Part shown: piece by piece, positions 1 to 10,142 of the stretch
Position numbering within the stretch: position 1 is the first letter of the stretch
Layout: every line of letters begins with the position of its first letter
Assembly: GCA_965372215.1 (NCBI GenBank)
Contig: CBDVBK010000001.1
Span: 39,874-103,873, forward strand
From: an uncultured bacterium
GTDB taxonomy: Bacteria > Fermentibacterota > Fermentibacteria > Fermentibacterales > JCC-6
Length of the DNA: 64,000 nt
Reading direction: 5' to 3'
The notes under the pieces: generated by a model
What the model saw: the letters and a program-made list of their open reading frames with translations, nothing else
Told to the model about the DNA's origin: nothing
The model's database searches: none
Translations under genes and position numbers: made by a program

Positions 1-57
1 CTCAAGCCTTTTAAGATACAAGTGTCGATGCCCCCGTCAGCTGAAAGTCTGCCCGGA

Positions 58-621
58 TCAGATATTCCGGATTCGTTGTACGGACTCAGAAAAATAGACA
101 AAAAAGCTTATCAGCACAAACGCAAAGGATAAAAGACCTACAGGATCGAGTCCGGCAAAAACCAGACTGGAAGGCCACAATGCTTTATCAAGCATATAGC
201 AGATCGCGGCTATGGTCATGTAGATCGAAAGTATGAGAGTTGAGAGTTTACCCCAGATGTTCGAAGCAGGAGGCGATCCGAGACGCTTTGTGAGATAAAG
301 CCCTCCGGAAGCGATGAGAATATCTCTGGACAGGGCAACCGCAATAAACCAGACCGGAACTGCACCGAGAAAGCCCAGAGTGATGATGAACGCAGTCATT
401 GCGATCTTATCCGCGAGAGGATCTAATAGTTTTCCCCAGTCACTGATAGAATCTGTCCTTCTCGCTATGATTCCATCCAGGAAATCAGAAAAGATCCCCA
501 CAATGAGAATTATGCACGTGGGAATAATCGCTCTGGAAACCAGAAAAAAACATGCGGCAAACCCCATAGGAATTCTTGAGAGGCTGATAATATTGGGGAG
601 ATTGACTACAGGCCCTTTCAT
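58..621 (-). CDS. pgsA: CDP-alcohol phosphatidyltransferase (PgsA-like)
   Basis: NLPNIISLSRI start and the family motif DFLDGIIAR...GKLLDPLADK; hydrophobic. Confidence 0.85.
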   Translation of the reverse strand: MKGPVVNLPNIISLSRIPMGFAACFFLVSRAIIPTCIILIVGIFSDFLDGIIARRTDSISDWGKLLDPLADKIAMTAFIITLGFLGAVPVWFIAVALSRDILIASGGLYLTKRLGSPPASNIWGKLSTLILSIYMTIAAICYMLDKALWPSSLVFAGLDPVGLLSFAFVLISFFVYFSESVQRIRNI

Positions 622-2273
622 GAGTCATCACCACCCTTTAGGGATGATCTGAAGCCGCCAATCATCTTTTCCGCATGTTCAAAGGCAGCGTCTCCTCCAC
701 CGAGCAGGCGCGCAATCTCCGCAATTCTGTTCTGTTTATCCAGTAATACTCTCACACTTGTTGAGGGCAGATCATCATGCAGTTCTTTGGACACCGCAAG
801 ATGTCTTCCAGCCTTTGACGCGATCTGGGCCAGATGTGTTATTACGATAACCTGCCTTCTCTCCGATGCTCTTTTAAGTGAATCCGCAAGCAGATTAGCG
901 GTTTCTCCTCCGATACCACTGTCTATCTCATCAAAGACCATGGTCGAAGCCTGACTTACGCTGACAAGTGCCAGTTTCAGAACCAGACTCACCCTTGACA
1001 GTTCTCCTCCGCTGGCTACAGAAGCCAGCGGGCCCGGTTCTATACCCTTATTAGCGCTGAAGTAGAATTCAGGTATTTCATACCCATCGGAACAGATGGT
1101 CCTACCGTCTGATGTCAGGCTTCTGTTCAGTGGCGGATCATGCATGATAACACTGAAGACCGCGTCCGGCATACCGAGGAGTCTCAGTTCCTTCTGAACG
1201 CAATTCTTAAGTTTCTTCACAGTCGATTCTCTGGCGGTCGAGAGTTGCTCCGCAGCTTCATGCAGCTTTTCACCCTTCCCGGGAACCATTGTTTCCAGAT
1301 CCTGAAGTTCACACTCAAGAGATTCGTATGTCTCCTGCTCCTCCATAAGTGTTTTCCTTCTATGAAGAAGTGTATCAAGAGAACCGCCGCATCTTCCAAG
1401 CAGTTCCGAATAACCGTCCAGCCTGTCGTCAATTTCTTTCAGCCTCCAGGGAGCGCTGTCAACTCTTCCGAGAATAGAGCTGCAGGATAAACTGGCCTCG
1501 TTAAGCGAGATCTCAGCCTGCCCGATGAGTTCGATGGTTTCGTGGAGTTCAATATCGGTATGCGAAAGTTCGTTCCGGAATCTTCCAAGTTCGCCCATTA
1601 TCCCACCATCACCTGATATCGCGTTTACGATACTATGAAGGGTTTCAACACAGTTCTCTGAAGCTATTAATTCCTTTCGCTCGCTGATAAGGTTCTGGTT
1701 ATCTTCCAGAGAGGGGTTCAACTTCTCTATCAGTGAAAGCTCGTGTCTGATAAGATCTCTTGATTCAAGATTTTTCTCGTGTTCCTCACGCAAATGGGCC
1801 AGACGCTGCAGAAGCGTTCTGTACTCGTCAAACATATGGGAAAGACTGTCTGCCAGATCGGAATTTCCACCGAATTCATCGAAGGCTGTCTGCTGATTTC
1901 TCCGAACAAGCAGCGCCGGAGTAGAGCGCTGCGAATGAAGGTCGATAATTCCGGAGACCTGTTTTCTCACTTCATCCAGAGTGGTCAATTCATCGTTGAT
2001 GAAGGTTCTGCTTCGCCCACCAGCACGAATTTCCCTCCGTACGATTATTTCTGATCCGTCTCTGTTCAGAAATACAGCCTCTACGCTTGCAAGTCTTGTG
2101 CCTGGTCTGACCAGACCTGTATCAGCTCTCTCCCCGAGGGTCAGTAACAGCCCGTCAATCAGGATCGACTTTCCGGCACCCGTTTCCCCGGTCAGAACAT
2201 TCAAATCACTATCAAACTCAATCGTTGTATCACTTATGGTCGCCAGATTCCGGAGAGCAAGGCAAGTCAGCAT
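618..2273 (-). CDS. recN: DNA repair protein RecN
   Basis: Walker A LTGETGAGKS, coiled coil, ASGGELSR signature, Walker B VFDEIDSG, ITHLAQIA; start moved to ATG 2273, just past the nadK stop. Confidence 0.93.
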   Translation of the reverse strand: MLTCLALRNLATISDTTIEFDSDLNVLTGETGAGKSILIDGLLLTLGERADTGLVRPGTRLASVEAVFLNRDGSEIIVRREIRAGGRSRTFINDELTTLDEVRKQVSGIIDLHSQRSTPALLVRRNQQTAFDEFGGNSDLADSLSHMFDEYRTLLQRLAHLREEHEKNLESRDLIRHELSLIEKLNPSLEDNQNLISERKELIASENCVETLHSIVNAISGDGGIMGELGRFRNELSHTDIELHETIELIGQAEISLNEASLSCSSILGRVDSAPWRLKEIDDRLDGYSELLGRCGGSLDTLLHRRKTLMEEQETYESLECELQDLETMVPGKGEKLHEAAEQLSTARESTVKKLKNCVQKELRLLGMPDAVFSVIMHDPPLNRSLTSDGRTICSDGYEIPEFYFSANKGIEPGPLASVASGGELSRVSLVLKLALVSVSQASTMVFDEIDSGIGGETANLLADSLKRASERRQVIVITHLAQIASKAGRHLAVSKELHDDLPSTSVRVLLDKQNRIAEIARLLGGGDAAFEHAEKMIGGFRSSLKGGDDS

Positions 2274-2274
2274 T

Positions 2275-3150
2275 CTATCCCCTCGATCCCCACCCGAGCT
2301 TTTGCCCGAGTTTGTCGTAATAGCCGGGGTGATCGGCAAACCGGACAATCCTGCACGTGCCCGAGTCCTTGATTATTGTCAGCTTTTCTCCGGTTCTGAG
2401 AGTCCCGGAGGCAGCACCATCAGCAGAAACTACGGGTCCGGTTCCTCTTAATGCACCTATTGTTATTGAAATGGACAAACTGTCGGGTACGACAAGAGGC
2501 CGCAGGGACAGAGAATGAGCACAGATCGGAACTATAAGGATGGCAGGCAATCCAGGATCAAGGATTGGCCCTCCACAGGAAAGGCTGTATGCCGTAGACC
2601 CGAGGGGAGTGGAGACTACAATGCCGTCACCGACCATATGGGCAACCTTCGCGTTATCCACAAACAGATCAAAATGTAATATTCCGCCCATCATGGAACG
2701 GTTGATACTGAAATCATTCACTGCAGTCAGACAATGACCTGAGGGAAATTTCGCTTTGAGAATGGGCAGTGTTTCGACGATGTAATCACCTTTTACTATC
2801 CTGTTGATTGTCTTCTCCAGAGAAACCTGCTCAACACTTGCAAGGAAACCCAGTTGCCCGGCATTGATACCCAGAACCGGTATTCCCAATGTGCGATAGT
2901 AATCCATGCCCCGTAATATGGAGCCATCACCTCCGAGTACGATTGCCATGTCGCACAAATCACTTTCCTGAATATCGAAACTGCTGAGGTGATCAGCAGA
3001 TGAAGAAGCGGATCTGATTATGATGCCGTGTTTCTCGCAGATAGACAGCATATTCTGAATCAGACCGGCATACGGAGGATTGAATCTGTCTACGTAAAGA
3101 CAGAGGCTCTGAATCGGAATGGAGTTAGCGCTACTGTCCAACAAAATCAC
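2275..3150 (-). CDS. nadK: NAD(+) kinase
   Basis: GGDGS, GINAGQLGFL, ND motif, GDGIVVSTPLGSTAYSLSCGGPI; start uncertain (GTG 3150 or TTG 3141). Confidence 0.9.
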   Translation of the reverse strand: MILLDSSANSIPIQSLCLYVDRFNPPYAGLIQNMLSICEKHGIIIRSASSSADHLSSFDIQESDLCDMAIVLGGDGSILRGMDYYRTLGIPVLGINAGQLGFLASVEQVSLEKTINRIVKGDYIVETLPILKAKFPSGHCLTAVNDFSINRSMMGGILHFDLFVDNAKVAHMVGDGIVVSTPLGSTAYSLSCGGPILDPGLPAILIVPICAHSLSLRPLVVPDSLSISITIGALRGTGPVVSADGAASGTLRTGEKLTIIKDSGTCRIVRFADHPGYYDKLGQKLGWGSRG

Positions 3151-4981
3151 CGATTCTCTCAGCCAATGATTGATAATCAAGTCCTGCTTCGATCATCAGT
3201 TCTTCTCTTGTTGCGTGAGTCTGGAATTCATCCTGAAAACCAAGCGTGAGAACAGGAATATTAAGATCGAACAGTATGGATCGTACGTGAAAACCGAATC
3301 CACCCTTTTCTGCTCCATCCTCTACGGTTATTACTTTACCGCATTCAGCGGCAAGTATGCGTATTTCATTGAACGGTGCGGGTTTCAGCCAGACAGGATC
3401 GAACACGGCAACGGATATCCCCCGCTTTTCAAGAACATCTGCTGCTTTAAGGGCGTAGAGAGCCATAATCCCCACACCAATGACAAGCACATCCTTCCCT
3501 TCCCTTATGAGCTGACCTTTCCCGGGCAATACGGTTTCCGGGGATATTGATGGAACATCCGGTTCTTCTCCTCTTGGATACCTGATAGCTGTTGGATATT
3601 CTTCGAAAAGGACTGAAGCCCTCAGCATCATTTCAAGCAGATCGCAATTTCTTGGAGCCCCGATACGCAGACCCGGGACAGGGAGAAGCATGGAAATATC
3701 AAACATGCCATGATGTGTGGGACCATCCTCCCCCACTACACCGCCTCTATCAACAGCAAGAATAATGGGGGCTTTCTGAAGAGCAGCATCATGTATTACC
3801 TGATCGTACGCCCTCTGTAGGAAAGTACTGTAGATAGCTACAACAGGTTTGAGACCTCCGAACGCGAGACCACATGCAAGCGTAACAGCATGCTGCTCGG
3901 CAATACCTACATCAAAAAATCTATCGGGATATTTGACCGCAAACTCGTTCAGTCCGGTTCCATCGGGCATTGCCGCAGTAATGGCGACGATTTTTTTGTT
4001 GGATCGGCCCAGATCAATCATCGTTCTTGAAAAAGCTGAAGTAAATGACTCTCTTTTATTTCTTTTTTCAGTAAATGACGCGGATACACCATGATATCCG
4101 GTCGCGTCAAGCTCAGCAGGCTCAAAACCTTTCCCTTTTTTGGTTTCAACATGAAGCAGAACCGGGCCTGGTATCTCCGAGACACGCTGAAGAACCCCTG
4201 TAATAGCAGCGAGATCGTTTCCAGGAACAGGACCCAAATATCGCACGCCAAAATCATCAAACAGGGTATCAGGTGTAACAAGTGTTTTCTTTAATCCGGA
4301 TGTGACCGCATGAGCCGCTTTTCTGACGCGTTCGCCAAGCGAAGGTATTTTCCCCAGAACATTCCATACATCTTTCTTAATCCGATTGTATCGCGGATCG
4401 GTAATAAGTTTTGTAAGGTGTCTGGATATGGCGCCAACATTTGGTGAAATAGACATATCATTGTCATTCAGAATGATGAGCATATCAGTGCCGATGTGTC
4501 CCAGATGATTGAGTCCCTCGAAAGCTATACCAGCTGTCATCGCGCCATCACCAATTACAGCGACTACTTTATAATCCTCCCCGGAAATATCCCGCGCCAG
4601 AGCAAATCCGAGAGCGGCAGAGATTGACGTAGAACTATGTCCTGTTCCGAAAGCATCACAGGGGTTCTCATCCCTTTTGGGAAAACCGCTCAAACCTCCC
4701 GACTGTCTGATGGTATGAAATCTGTCGGCCCTGCCGGTTAGAAGTTTCCATGGATAAGTCTGGTGACCTACATCCCAGATGATCTTATCCAGAGGGACCG
4801 AGTAAACGGAAAGCAGCGCAACGGTCAGTTCAACAACACCAAGGCTTGACGCAAGGTGCCCGCCTGTACTGCGAACCACATTAATTATTCTATTTCTGAT
4901 TTCATCGACAAGAACAAGCCTGTCCTCCATGGAGAGTTCCGAAACATCAGTCGGAGAGCTGATTCCATCCAGTATGGACAT
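3131..4981 (-). CDS. dxs: 1-deoxy-D-xylulose-5-phosphate synthase
   Basis: GGHLASSLG, WDVGHQ, GDGAMTAG...NDN TPP motif, DVGIAEQHA, DGPTHHG. Confidence 0.97.
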   Translation of the reverse strand: MSILDGISSPTDVSELSMEDRLVLVDEIRNRIINVVRSTGGHLASSLGVVELTVALLSVYSVPLDKIIWDVGHQTYPWKLLTGRADRFHTIRQSGGLSGFPKRDENPCDAFGTGHSSTSISAALGFALARDISGEDYKVVAVIGDGAMTAGIAFEGLNHLGHIGTDMLIILNDNDMSISPNVGAISRHLTKLITDPRYNRIKKDVWNVLGKIPSLGERVRKAAHAVTSGLKKTLVTPDTLFDDFGVRYLGPVPGNDLAAITGVLQRVSEIPGPVLLHVETKKGKGFEPAELDATGYHGVSASFTEKRNKRESFTSAFSRTMIDLGRSNKKIVAITAAMPDGTGLNEFAVKYPDRFFDVGIAEQHAVTLACGLAFGGLKPVVAIYSTFLQRAYDQVIHDAALQKAPIILAVDRGGVVGEDGPTHHGMFDISMLLPVPGLRIGAPRNCDLLEMMLRASVLFEEYPTAIRYPRGEEPDVPSISPETVLPGKGQLIREGKDVLVIGVGIMALYALKAADVLEKRGISVAVFDPVWLKPAPFNEIRILAAECGKVITVEDGAEKGGFGFHVRSILFDLNIPVLTLGFQDEFQTHATREELMIEAGLDYQSLAERIGDFVGQ

Positions 4982-4985
4982 AATT

Positions 4986-5876
4986 TCATTTCCTCCTGTC
5001 CGGAAGATACAGAGCCAGCGAGGATATCTCCCCCCAGTTTCCTCTTAATCCTGAGAATGCCACGGCAATATCATATGAAAGCTCTTCAGCTTCGGATACT
5101 GCGGCATCCAGACCAAGCTTCGTAACGGGATTGCACTTGCCGAGATCTGAATCCTTGGAGACCTTTTTCCCCATCTCAGCCGTACTCCCGCGAATGTCCA
5201 GAATGTCATCTGTAAGCTGAAACAGATATCCCAGTCGGTCACCTTCAATTGAAACCTCATTGATGAGTTCATCGTCTGCCCCACCCGCCAGCGCACCGAG
5301 TTCCAGAGAGACTCTTATAAGGGCAGCAGATTTCCCCTTTATCATCAGGCGGATCCAATCCATATCTGCTTCAGCAGGATGATACATATCCATATACTGG
5401 CCACCGACCAGATAACCCGGTCCCGCTGCGGAAGCAAGATGCCTTACCATTCCTGCAACCCTTCCCGGACCGAGAGGAGTTCGGAGAAGCACTCCGAAGG
5501 CTTCAATGAGCAGCAGATCACCGGCAAGCAATGCCTGATTCTCTCCGCATGTCTTGTGAAGCGTCGGTTTTCCTCTTCTGAGATCGTCATTGTCCATTGC
5601 GGGCAGATCGTCATGAATAAGTGAATAAGTGTGAATCATCTCCACAGCGCATGCCGCGTAGAGAGCTCTGTCCGGACTACCTCCAGTTGCGCAGCAGGCA
5701 GCTCTTACAAGGAAAGGTCTTATACGCTTCCCGCTGGATCCAAGAGAATAACCCGCAAACAATGGAAGACGGGAAATCGATTTCTTATTCGCGAAAATCT
5801 GATCAAGTTCCTGCTCGACCCATAAAGCTGTACTTGATAGACTCTCTTTCAGCCGTACAGAATCATATTCTCTCAT
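4986..5876 (-). CDS. ispA: polyprenyl (farnesyl/geranylgeranyl) diphosphate synthase
   Basis: GKRIRP, SLIHDDLPAMDNDDLRRGKPT, FQLTDDILD; upstream of dxs. Confidence 0.92.
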   Translation of the reverse strand: MREYDSVRLKESLSSTALWVEQELDQIFANKKSISRLPLFAGYSLGSSGKRIRPFLVRAACCATGGSPDRALYAACAVEMIHTYSLIHDDLPAMDNDDLRRGKPTLHKTCGENQALLAGDLLLIEAFGVLLRTPLGPGRVAGMVRHLASAAGPGYLVGGQYMDMYHPAEADMDWIRLMIKGKSAALIRVSLELGALAGGADDELINEVSIEGDRLGYLFQLTDDILDIRGSTAEMGKKVSKDSDLGKCNPVTKLGLDAAVSEAEELSYDIAVAFSGLRGNWGEISSLALYLPDRRK

Positions 5877-6624
5877 TTATCGTGCGCAATCCATCTACAC
5901 TCAACTTATCGTCCAGTACTACTTCAAGACCGTTTACATAAGTGTTACCTTCAGCTACTTTCAGCCTTATATGTCTCCCTGTGATAAATCTGAGCCTTGC
6001 TTCCTCAGTACACATTCCTATTACTCCATCCATGGAACCGCACATTCCAAGATCGGTTATGGATGCTGTTCCACCAGGCAGTATTCTGGCATCAGCGGTA
6101 AGAACATGTGTATGTGTCCCGGCGACAATTTTCGCTCTACCATCCAGATGTCTAGCCAGCGCCTGTTTTTCACTTGTGGCTTCAGCATGCATGTCAACGA
6201 TTATCACATCGCCCGGATTATTTCTGATAATAGTATCCACAGTCCTGAATGGGCAGTCAAGAGCCATCGGCATGAACAGTCTTCCCTGCAGGTTGATAAC
6301 CAGGATTCTCATATCCTCCCTGCGGATAGTAATAAAACCCTTGCCTGGATTCCCGGGAGGATAATTTGCGGGCCGCAATACAGGGCAGTTGACTTCATCT
6401 ATATATTCAAGCACATCATTGTGCTGCCAGATGTGATTCCCTGATGTAATAACATCCACTCCCGCATCAAGAAGCTGAATAGCGGTACCTCTGGTTAGAC
6501 CAAAACCTCCAGCCGCGTTTTCACCGTTAGCAACGACAAAGTCATAATCCCTGTCTTTAAGATACGATACAAGCGCTTCTCTTCCCGGTCTTCCGATTAC
6601 ATCTCCAAATAATAATATTTTCAC
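5863..6624 (-). CDS. ymdB: YmdB/TIGR00282-family metallophosphoesterase
   Basis: GDVIG, NGENAAGG, TSGNHIW, DMHAEATSEK, GTHTHV; directly downstream of rny. Confidence 0.93.
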   Translation of the reverse strand: MKILLFGDVIGRPGREALVSYLKDRDYDFVVANGENAAGGFGLTRGTAIQLLDAGVDVITSGNHIWQHNDVLEYIDEVNCPVLRPANYPPGNPGKGFITIRREDMRILVINLQGRLFMPMALDCPFRTVDTIIRNNPGDVIIVDMHAEATSEKQALARHLDGRAKIVAGTHTHVLTADARILPGGTASITDLGMCGSMDGVIGMCTEEARLRFITGRHIRLKVAEGNTYVNGLEVVLDDKLSVDGLRTINERI

Positions 6625-6625
6625 T

Positions 6626-8176
6626 TTATCGAGCCGTTTCAGAAGCCCTGGTTTCCCGGATCACGGTAACCTTTATCTGACCTGGATACTCCATGTCACT
6701 TTCGATTTTTCTTGCTATTATCCGCGCGAGTTCTGCAGCTGAATCGTCATCAATCTGTTCAGGTTTTACTGCAATTCTTAATTCTCTTCCGGCCTGAATT
6801 GCGTAGGATTTCCTGACTCCGTCAAATGAATCGGCTATTGCTTCAAGCTTATGAAGTCTTCTAACGTAAAGCTCAAGTGTTTCCCTTCTGGCTCCGGGAC
6901 GGGCAGAACTTACCGCGTCAGCGGCCTGAATCAGAATCGCATACAGCGAATTGCATTCAATCTCCTCATGATGAGCACCAATAGCATTACACACAACAGG
7001 TGATTCCTCATAACGCTGAGCCAGTTCCATTCCCACAGCGGCATGTGAACCCTCTATGTCCTGATCAGTTGCTTTACCAATGTCATGAAGAAGACCTATA
7101 CGCCTTGCTATAACTGGATCAAGTTTGAGCTCTGACGCAAGAAGCCCGCAGATATTAGCTGTTTCAAGTGAATGCTGGTACATATTCTGACCGTAACTGG
7201 TTCTGTACCGCAATCTGCCCAGATGTCTGATCAGCTGTTGATGAAGACCTGAAACATTTGCGTCAAGAGCGAGCTGATTTCCCAGTTTCCTGATCTTTTT
7301 CTCCATCTCTGAAGTTACTTTGGCTACGACTGATTCAATTCTTCCGGGATGTATTCTACCATCTTCCAGAAGTTTCTCCAGCGCTATTCTTGCCACTTCT
7401 CTTCTTACAGGATCAAAACAGGAAATAACTACTGCTTCGGGAGTATCATCAATGATAACATCAACGTTCGTCACAGCCTCAAAAGCTCTGATATTTCTCC
7501 CTTCCCTTCCGATAATCCGACCTTTCATGTCATCACTCGGCAGGTTGACGACTGAAACACAGTTTTCAACAACAAAATCCGCTGAGCATCTCTGAATTGA
7601 AGTAGACAGTATCTTCAACGCTTCTTCTTCTGCCTTGTTCTCGGCGGCTTCCAGTATCTTGCGCGTCAGTCTTCCAGCTTCATGGTGAAGCTCTTCCTCA
7701 AGATTGGAAAGCATTAGCTTTCGGGCTTCTTCTCTGGAAAGATTAGCGATCTTCTCAAGCAGCTTATTCTGCTCGTCCATAAGCTTGGTTACCCTTTGAT
7801 GTTTTGCGTTGAGAGATTGCTCTGTTTCTGACAGAGATGTTTCACGCTTCTTCAAAGCTTTCTGCGAATCCTCAAGTTTTTCCCTGAGAATTCTCAATCG
7901 CTCCGATTCACTTGAGATCTGGCTTTCTTTTCGATCAAGATTGATTCTTTTTTCCTGATATTCCTCCAGAGCAGTAACTTTCTCTCTGGAAATCATGTCG
8001 CGACCTTCCAGAAGAGCTTCACGCTTCAATGCTTCACCTTCACGCTTTGCGTCGGTTATTATCCTGACAGCTTCCGCTTCTGAACCTTTTACCTCTCTGG
8101 ATATAAGCAACTTATGAAGAATAAAGCCAAGCGCAAATGTAACGGCAGCAATCAAGGCAGGTATTAATATGTTCAT
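6626..8176 (-). CDS. rny: ribonuclease Y
   Basis: N-terminal TM helix, coiled coil, KH domain (MKGRIIGREGRNIR), HD domain (HSLE...LLHDIGK); start ATG 8176 with AGGAG SD. Confidence 0.96.
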   Translation of the reverse strand: MNILIPALIAAVTFALGFILHKLLISREVKGSEAEAVRIITDAKREGEALKREALLEGRDMISREKVTALEEYQEKRINLDRKESQISSESERLRILREKLEDSQKALKKRETSLSETEQSLNAKHQRVTKLMDEQNKLLEKIANLSREEARKLMLSNLEEELHHEAGRLTRKILEAAENKAEEEALKILSTSIQRCSADFVVENCVSVVNLPSDDMKGRIIGREGRNIRAFEAVTNVDVIIDDTPEAVVISCFDPVRREVARIALEKLLEDGRIHPGRIESVVAKVTSEMEKKIRKLGNQLALDANVSGLHQQLIRHLGRLRYRTSYGQNMYQHSLETANICGLLASELKLDPVIARRIGLLHDIGKATDQDIEGSHAAVGMELAQRYEESPVVCNAIGAHHEEIECNSLYAILIQAADAVSSARPGARRETLELYVRRLHKLEAIADSFDGVRKSYAIQAGRELRIAVKPEQIDDDSAAELARIIARKIESDMEYPGQIKVTVIRETRASETAR

Positions 8177-8182
8177 GGTTTG

Positions 8183-8327
8183 CTCCTGTTCAGGCGCAGG
8201 TTTGCATTTATGTAAAACGGTGCAGGATGCAGTCCTGAACAATGACCGGAACCGAAATCACCCCTGCGCAGAGTGTCGGCACATCCTTTCCGTATTCTTA
8301 AACGTACTATCGCAACAGGTATTGGAG
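8183..8327 (-). ncRNA. ssrS: putative 6S RNA
   Basis: Classic position between zapA and rny. Minus strand folds as a rod: CCUGUU (8319-8314) pairs with AACAGG (8190-8185); ACGGaaAGGAUGU (8293-8281) pairs with GCAUCCUgcaCCGU (8230-8217); A/U-rich unpaired segments between these stems. Ends approximate. Confidence 0.7.
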
Positions 8328-8328
8328 T

Positions 8329-8724
8329 TTACCGCGATAGACTGGATGTGCTGTTCTGCTGGAGAACGGGGTTTTCCGCTGAAGATAAAGAACCTGAAGC
8401 AACAGAGGAGGAGGATACGGAAGGATGAGATGACTCGGCGAGTACCTGTTCAATGCGATCGGCAAGCCTCGTCAGTTCGGTGCTGTTGCTCTCTTCCATT
8501 TCTCCGTATTGATCTCTCTTCTGAAAAAGTTCATCGGCTATATTGAGTGCAGCAAAAATCGCCACCTTGGCTGTGGAAGCCAGAGTGGCGTTATCAGTCA
8601 TCTGCCGCATTTTCATATCAACGTAATGAGCAATCTCTGCAATATATGAAGGTGAACCTGCTCCCCGGATTGTGTATTCCCGCCCAAAAATATTGACGCG
8701 GGTTACTTCCGTCCGGTTGCTCAT
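8329..8724 (-). CDS. zapA: cell division protein ZapA
   Basis: VNIFGREYTI...IAHYVDMKM...AIFAALNIADEL motif. Confidence 0.92.
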   Translation of the reverse strand: MSNRTEVTRVNIFGREYTIRGAGSPSYIAEIAHYVDMKMRQMTDNATLASTAKVAIFAALNIADELFQKRDQYGEMEESNSTELTRLADRIEQVLAESSHPSVSSSSVASGSLSSAENPVLQQNSTSSLSR

Positions 8725-9008
8725 TATACCTCTAACTTATTTGCTTGTAATTCAATGCTATCCAGCTTAACCAGCACACCTGAGAGCCTGCGCCTGATCT
8801 CCTGTCTTTCTCGCAGAAGCCTGGCGCTATGAATCCTGAGTATATTGTAACCATCAGAATCCTTCGTGTCCACACTATTCTCAAGTCTGGACTCAAGATC
8901 ATTGACCAGTGCCAATAGTTCGTCACGTTGAGTTTGTAATGACCTCAGCTTGACTATCAGTCTATTTATCGCTTCGGTCAACCTCTCGAGATCTTCCGAT
9001 TGGGACAC
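8724..9008 (-). CDS. ZapB-like coiled-coil protein
   Basis: 94-aa heptad coiled coil immediately upstream of zapA. Confidence 0.6.
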   Translation of the reverse strand: MSQSEDLERLTEAINRLIVKLRSLQTQRDELLALVNDLESRLENSVDTKDSDGYNILRIHSARLLRERQEIRRRLSGVLVKLDSIELQANKLEV

Positions 9009-9025
9009 GTATCATCCCCTCACAT

Positions 9026-9379
9026 TCAGAGAGCGGCTTTGGCTACTTCCACAACCTTCGCAAATGCTTCCGGGTTTCGTACGGCCAGATCCGCAAGTAT
9101 TTTCCTATCAAGTTTAATCCCCGCTCCGTTGATACCAGCTATGAGTTTGCTGTAAGTGATACCATGTTCACGCGAGGCGGCGTTTATACGTGTAATCCAG
9201 AGTGCCCGGAAATCACGTTTTTTGTTTCTTCGGTCACGGTACTGATACTCAAGAGCTTTCTTCCTGGCTTCATTAGCAACAGTGTACAGCTTTCTTCTTC
9301 CGCCAAAATATCCTTTAGCTGTCTGAAGTCTTTTCTTGTGACGCTTCTTTCGTACAACAGCACTTTTTACTCTGCTCAT
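9026..9379 (-). CDS. rplT: 50S ribosomal protein L20
   Basis: MSRVK...AKGYFG...[22 protein letters not shown]. Confidence 0.99.
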   Translation of the reverse strand: MSRVKSAVVRKKRHKKRLQTAKGYFGGRRKLYTVANEARKKALEYQYRDRRNKKRDFRALWITRINAASREHGITYSKLIAGINGAGIKLDRKILADLAVRNPEAFAKVVEVAKAAL

Positions 9380-9397
9380 TTTCTCTCTCCGTGATTG

Positions 9398-9589
9398 CTA
9401 AGGCATAAGTTTTCTAAGACGCTTGGTATCAGGTTTGGATGCAATACCGTCTTTACGCAATTTCCTTTTCCGCTTAGCACTTTTCTTAGTTTTGATATGG
9501 TCGGCATAAGGGCTCGATATTTTGAACTTGCCATTCGCCGTTTTTCGGAACCTTCTTGCGGCTCCTTTATGGGTTTTCATCTTTGGCAT
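9398..9589 (-). CDS. rpmI: 50S ribosomal protein L35
   Basis: [14 protein letters not shown]; lies between infC and rplT. Confidence 0.98.
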   Translation of the reverse strand: MPKMKTHKGAARRFRKTANGKFKISSPYADHIKTKKSAKRKRKLRKDGIASKPDTKRLRKLMP

Positions 9590-9601
9590 TTCGACTCTCC
9601 G

Positions 9602-10126
9602 TTAATTCCTCTCCTTCAGAGGAGAAATAATCATTGTCATCTGTCGCCCTTCCATGGCGGGTTTCCTCTCTATACAACCGAGATCATTCAGATCTTCAGC
9701 CAGTCTATCGAGAAGTTCGTAACCCTGCTCCTTATAGGAGAGCTGACGTCCGCGAAACACCACTGTGGCCTTTACCTTATGTCTGGATTCCAGAAATTCA
9801 CGTGCGTGTTTCATCTTGAAATTGTAATCGTGCTCTTCAGTGTTTGGTCTGAATTTTACTTCCTTCAGACCTCCAGTATTCTGTTTCTTCCTTGCTTCTC
9901 TTTCTTTTCTATTCATGCGATAGCGGAACTTTCCGTAATCGACTATGCTGACTACGGGTGGGTCTGCCCCCGGTGAAATCTCAACAAGATCCAGCCCGGC
10001 TTCCGCGGCCATGTCAAGAGCTTCCTGAATACTTAAAGTACCGACATGATCTCCATTTTCATCGAGTACTCTTACTCGAGGGCTTCGAATCTCTCCATTC
10101 ACCCTTATCTGTTCCTTATTGCTAAT
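9602..10126 (-). CDS. infC: translation initiation factor IF-3 (AUU start)
   Basis: RVNGEIR...DLVEISP...PPV...DYGKFRY, KEVKFRP, KVKATVVFRGR; AAGGAGG SD 7 nt before an in-frame ATT at 10126. Confidence 0.96.
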   Translation of the reverse strand: MSNKEQIRVNGEIRSPRVRVLDENGDHVGTLSIQEALDMAAEAGLDLVEISPGADPPVVSIVDYGKFRYRMNRKEREARKKQNTGGLKEVKFRPNTEEHDYNFKMKHAREFLESRHKVKATVVFRGRQLSYKEQGYELLDRLAEDLNDLGCIERKPAMEGRQMTMIISPLKERN

Positions 10127-10142
10127 AGACGTACCTCCTTGT

